A stretch of DNA of 64,000 bases, from positions 145,912 through 209,911 of the forward strand of contig NW_019218234.1 of assembly GCF_002571385.2 (NCBI RefSeq). Reading direction: 5' to 3'. The DNA comes from Stylophora pistillata (taxonomy: Eukaryota). The notes beneath the pieces were generated by a model. That model had not been told where the DNA came from, ran no database searches, and worked only from the letters and a program-made list of their open reading frames with translations. The translations under genes and the position numbers were made by a program. Each line of letters begins with the position of its first letter. The first letter of the stretch is position 1. Shown here one piece after another: positions 61,201-64,000 of this stretch.

Positions 61201-62111
61201 TCTGATTCGCGCAGTTTTTCGAACATTATACCTTAGCTAAAACCTCTATTGAAACCTCAGATAAATAATTGTAAAAGGTTTGAGTGAAGCGGAATAAAGG
61301 GAGTAATCTGACGATCTATTCCAATTGGGCCAATTTCGTTGGCCCTAGCGAGCTCGCTTACCTGCTTAATTTTTGTAGTATCATTCTCGACGACAGTATA
61401 CCTTTCGTATCCAGTCTTTCTATGTCAATAGCACTCAGTAAAATTGTTGCAAACTATGGAGAAAAATATCAGAATGAAAATCATTGAATCATTCAATTTT
61501 GATTTACAAGCTGAACCTGGCCAACCTACGCATTAATTATTTTCCTGAATTTGAGTGGCAAGCATTAGTGAAATGGTTATATTTGATTGACAAGCAGTAT
61601 TTAGTGTTGATTTTACGTGGATTTTTTATCTGTACAAATTGATCCGTTCGATTACAAGAAGCTTGAGTTCGGACAGGCCAAATCGGACTATTTGTTTCTG
61701 CACCAGCCGAACTAAATAACTAGTTCGGAATGTTAAGGATCAATCATCCCCAAACAGTTCTCGTGGTGTACAGTAACCTTTACGTTATGTTGGAAGAGAA
61801 CGACAGATCTCTTCTCCTTTTCATGTAATTTTCTCTTGTTTCACTTTCGAACAAATCACTTTAATTTTTGTCTTTGTCAGGAAACTTTCCCTGGCGAAGG
61901 ATGTCCTGCAGGAGACTCTTATAAAAGATTTTCAATGCATAGGTACGCGTGACTATTGCTTTTATTGCTTAGTCGAGTAAGTGAGGTAAAGGTGAGGATC
62001 GATTAAGGGTTGGTGGAAAAGATGTTTCCTTTGTTTTGTTTCAACTTCGTTCTTCTCTGCTTCAGTGTGGTCGTTCTCACGATCGCTTCTCTGGAAAACC
62101 AGATTAGCTGA
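37053..62111 (+). CDS. DMD-like: Short dystrophin-family protein (WW, EF-hands, ZZ zinc finger, two coiled coils, C-terminal helix), about 23 exons, about 777 aa
   Basis: Exons: 37053-37116, 37450-37510, 38691-38752, 39160-39234, 39985-40192, 40629-40714, 42244-42323, 42589-42666, 44454-44565, 45767-45821, 46375-46414, 46855-46926, 47342-47487, 48158-48232, 50244-50285, 51575-51599, 51970-52061, 52633-52834, 58881-59361, 60078-60173, then less certain 60868-60941, 61881-61942, 62066-62111. All are GT-AG and phase-consistent, 2334 nt in total. Motifs: [121 protein letters not shown]. Confidence 0.9.
41127..42109 (+). mobile_element. 5'-truncated CR1-like LINE
   Basis: LDDELSFSTHI…KLRLYKSAILPNL…RKLERVQEWALRAVY…PRYNTVKYGKHSIRYLGPHIW with frameshifts; ends AATAAAGTT(TATG)n. 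Confidence 0.85.
48750..49030 (+). mobile_element. Fragment of a non-LTR retrotransposon with a restriction-like endonuclease (R4/NeSL-like)
   Basis: KVCGKGPESVAHILAGC….YIERHN….FWDV….KANR, the CCHC and RHN region that precedes such endonucleases. Confidence 0.65.
49390..49610 (+). mobile_element. Second fragment of the same non-LTR class
   Basis: EALIIAVQNHAIRTNHIKANTDKS…RTISHIVSDCPELAK. Confidence 0.6.
50320..50608. mobile_element. Young fold-back copy of the tRNA-Thr-derived repeat with 14-bp TSD
   Basis: 116-bp near-perfect inverted arms at 50369-50484 and 50494-50609 with a 9-nt spacer; direct repeat TTTGTGTTATTTTG at 50306-50319 and 50609-50622. Confidence 0.9.
53819..55747 (-). repeat. 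Tandem array of a 248-bp unit (at least 8 copies, runs into a gap), each unit carrying a tRNA-Thr(AGT)-like sequence
   Basis: Units start at 53821, 54068, 54316, 54564, 54812, 55060, 55308 and 55556 and are almost identical; TGAGATATCTATT is duplicated at 53806-53818 and 55771-55783. Confidence 0.95.
53892..53964 (-). tRNA. tRNA-Thr(AGT)-like pseudogene (first of 8 array copies)
   Basis: 73-nt cloverleaf GGCTTGT TA GCTC AATTGGTA GAGC G CTGCA CTAGTAT CGCAG AGGTC AGTGG TTCGAAT CCCGT ACAGGCC T. Acceptor and D stems are intact, A and B boxes are present, and a T7 run lies 2 nt downstream. There is one anticodon-stem mismatch and two T-stem mismatches. Confidence 0.7.
55748..55770. other. Assembly gap (23 N) at the end of the array
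   Basis: Run of N. Confidence 1.
59662..59945 (+). mobile_element. tRNA-headed SINE
   Basis: A box TGGTCGAGTGG, B box GGTTCAAGTCC, body of about 200 nt, (TTA)n tail. Confidence 0.8.
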
Positions 62112-63717
62112 AGGTAACCTTCGACTTGATTAAAACTATTTTTATCTGTTTGTTTTATATTAAAAGTGCCTCAGGATCTGATTAAGGATACCTCTGATTC
62201 GAAGAGGCCTGGACTGGAATTATAGAGGGGAGATTGCTGGTGAAATCGAGCCTGTATTCTACGAGATGGACATAAACACTTTACTGAATACTCAAACTAG
62301 TTTGAGACTTTCGTTTCATAGAAAATTAATGTCTACTGTCCAAGTTTTAGTGTCAGTTAATACTGCTCCCTGTTAATAGCTTTGGTTATGATAAAGATGT
62401 CAAAGATAATTTATAAAACTCTATCTTTTATCAGATTCAAATTAACTGCTATACATCCTGTCTTGTGGGGAGGGGGGTGTGTAATTCAGAAAAAAGAACG
62501 GTTTTTAATCTGAGCAATAAACTAGACCACGAAGGCCTGGAGAGGAATCGCAAACCAAGTTTGTCCCTTTGTCCGTTGATATGGAATCCTCCTAATTCAC
62601 TGAAGAAAATATTCTCTGAATCTTTTATAATTGTGGGATAGATTTGGATTTTATTTTAAGCGTCCGCGTGTGCCATTAAAAAATTAAACAGAACTTTTAA
62701 AAAAGTTGCAATAGTAATAGACGCGAGGAGTAAAGCGTGTAAAGCCTCCGTACCTCCTTTGTACCAGATGTTGTGTACTGAAAAATTGGGAAGGCAGGTC
62801 AGGTGAACCGGTGTCGAGCACCAACTTTCGTCACTCGAGGGGTAATATATTCCAGGGAGCAAATAGCAAACAACTACCCGTTCGAACAACAATAGTGTCA
62901 AAATTCCACCGCATCAGCCCCTCTTCATGCACTCTGACGTAATTTTTGCTTTGCCATCAACCTCCTACTACGGGATTCAAATGTTGAAATATAGCTTGGC
63001 GACAGTGTCTGATAAAATAAAAGATAATCTCTCAGAGGAGGGTTGCTTCTTTTGTCCCATCGCAGTACAACACCTTCCGGGGGGTCGATACGATCAGTTC
63101 GACCTGAAACAATGCGCCCCGTGTCTGTCAACTGGAACCCAAACACCTGTTCAAAACCGAACCCACGAGGAGGAGTGACAATTTACAATTCATGTTTAAT
63201 TTAAATTTGTAAGGATTTCTGTGACCGTTTTGTGCAAATCGGAAAACTTTGCACCTCGTACACAAAATGTAAATCGGCCGAACTTTTCTGTAGGAGTTGC
63301 GAGGAGGTATCTACTTGTCAGTAATAGAACGTTACTTGCACGTTGGGACGGAGCTATCAGCTAAAGATGAGTGCGGAACTTAAGAGTCAACGGTCAAGCT
63401 AGTGGTTCGTTTCAGTGTTGCTTACATGAAGTTATGTCCATTGACTCCCAGTCACACGATGGAAGTTTAGTGCATTTGCATCTACTCCACCGCCAGCCTA
63501 TCTTGCTATTTTACTGACAGGTAAAAAAAAATATAGATTTAGCCGAGCCTAAAAGCGGAGCTCCCAAGTTCGTAATATTAATGATAACATAAAAGATGTA
63601 CATTTGCCAAGACTCGCCTGAGTCACCCCTTCGTTTTGATAGTCTCCCCTACCCTACCCGTGCAATCTGAGTGCACGTGCGTACGAATGTACGCTCGGTC
63701 AGTCACGTGACAACCTA

Positions 63718-63894
63718 ACCACTTTCATAAATGGCTGCCGGATTAATATTCTTTTGTTTAAATTTAAATTAGCCTTTCTGGCCTCGTTTTCCAGTACAAA
63801 ATTCAAAAGAATACATCATCTCAAGCGAGGCCAGAAAGGCTAATTTAAATTTAAACAAAAGAATATTAATCCGGCAGCCATTTTTGAAAGTGGT
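63718..63894. mobile_element. MITE with about 69-bp TIRs, nested in another repeat
   Basis: ACCACTTTCATAAATGGCTGCCGGATTAATATTC…GGCCTCG and its reverse complement CGAGGCC…GAAAGTGGT. Confidence 0.85.
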
Positions 63895-64000
63895 CAATAT
63901 TCCATGGGTATGAGGTTCTGCCCCAGGCGCGCTTCGCGCGCGTTGGAGCCCCGTTATTATTAGACATGATATGGTCAAGAAAAGATACAAAAAATGCACT

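Overview
Eukaryotic, intron-rich, AT-rich animal DNA. The repeat landscape suggests a cnidarian, probably a stony coral (inference). Manual splicing gives three host genes plus a partial fourth. (1) MTG1, the mitochondrial ribosome-assembly GTPase: minus strand, 12 exons, 37032->17761, 338 aa. Its intron 2 is a minor-spliceosome (U12) intron with rare AT-AA ends, and its 11.7-kb intron 1 holds two full-length decayed Gypsy LTR retrotransposons. (2) A short dystrophin-family gene (WW, EF-hand, ZZ, coiled coils; no actin-binding domain or spectrin repeats): plus strand, about 23 exons, 37053->~62111, about 777 aa, with its first plausible ATG only 20 bp from the MTG1 ATG. (3) A single-exon 191-aa ORF (15350-15925) resembling a stand-alone MLKL N-terminal four-helix-bundle domain. 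(4) A partial CCDC106-like gene cut by an assembly gap. The window also holds a tRNA-Thr-derived mobile repeat that occurs as a 248-bp x 8 tandem array and as fold-back copies with long target-site duplications. Other features are a histone H4 pseudogene, LINE, SINE, Penelope and MITE remnants, and two N gaps. All homology calls come from motif recognition, not from database searches.
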